Below are positions 63,162 to 64,000 of a stretch of DNA of 64,000 nucleotides, in pieces. The position numbers were made by a program, and so were the translations under genes. Numbering within the stretch: position 1 is the first letter of the stretch; each line of letters opens with the position of its first letter. Source of the DNA: Trichoplax adhaerens (Eukaryota; Animalia; Placozoa); NCBI RefSeq assembly GCF_000150275.1, contig NW_002060948.1, positions 1,697,983 through 1,761,982 of the forward strand. The letters run 5' to 3'. Under the pieces are notes generated by a model. It was given only the letters and a program-made list of their open reading frames with translations, did no database searches and was not told the origin of the DNA.

Positions 63162-64000
63162 GGTGGAATTGGGTTATTGCTGCTATGCAAAATCCTGTAC
63201 AATACATAAAGAATAAAAAAAAATCAGGTTGATTTCTCATTTCGTGATGGAAGCAAGGAGGAAAACAATTTAAAACTTGCGTAGTCTATCGTTTTATCGT
63301 GGACACTTTACTGGTATCTTTACAGTACAGCACAGTTAAATCAAGCTATCAGGTATATTCTTAAAACTTGAATCAGGTGGCGTTATTTTCAACTTCAGCA
63401 CGTGTAAAATAGCAAAAAATACAGTAGCATCTTGTCCAAAGTTTTGCATTGCTACGAGATAATTTACAGTGCTGTACCTACGTTTTATCTACATTCATTT
63501 ATATAAATGAAATACGTGCAAATGTTGATTATAGCATGATGTATAGTCAAGACATGACTGCAATTTCTTATTACCTGTATGCTGTAGAAGGGTTAAATTG
63601 ACGACGATCAGCTTCGGAGGGTAGAAACGCTGATTATGTAAATTGGAGAAAATTACAAGCTCGTAGCTGTCGAAGGTCCATTTAAGGTATAGTACTGACT
63701 GTACCGTATTGCCTACCTGTACGTAGGTGGTATTAGCCAATAGCTATAGTAGTCTAACTGACCGGTATCGTTTAAAGTAAATACAGCTACGGTTACTACT
63801 GCACTTCGCTACACAAATAGCCCTCGGCCTCTCAGTTATGAGCTAGATTACTGAGTTCCATCAGCAATGGTGGCTACTGTATACGTCTTTTTCCAGTTGC
63901 CGTTGTACAGAGGCAGCAGGTTATATACAGTACTTGTACAGCTTATTTACCGCATATTTATTCATTGCATTTACTTCTGGTTAAACTTGTGCAAGATAGA

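Overview
AT-rich, intron-dense animal genomic DNA. The short introns (mostly about 70-130 nt), compact gene spacing and metazoan gene set suggest a placozoan such as Trichoplax; this is inference from composition and is not verified. Manual splicing gives nine protein-coding loci: 3' end of a P2X receptor (+), HEATR6 (-), acetoacetyl-CoA synthetase AACS (+), NDUFAF1/CIA30 (+), Spindly with an intronless CDS (+), CUEDC1 (-), a roughly 2,500-aa protein with a KRAP/ITPRID-like IP3R-binding motif and a long coiled coil (+), and two tandem RDH11-14-type SDRs (-). There are many local tandem or direct repeats. I saw no tRNA, rRNA, CRISPR or autonomous transposon. Most notable: (1) a U12-type intron in CUEDC1; (2) a tandem repeat whose core can fold as two hairpins with complementary loops; (3) a candidate unannotated spliced membrane microprotein gene whose first intron holds a 71-bp array; (4) the ITPRID-like giant with twin Trp/basic helices; (5) a non-canonical Spindly motif; (6) active-site-focused divergence of the SDR pair.
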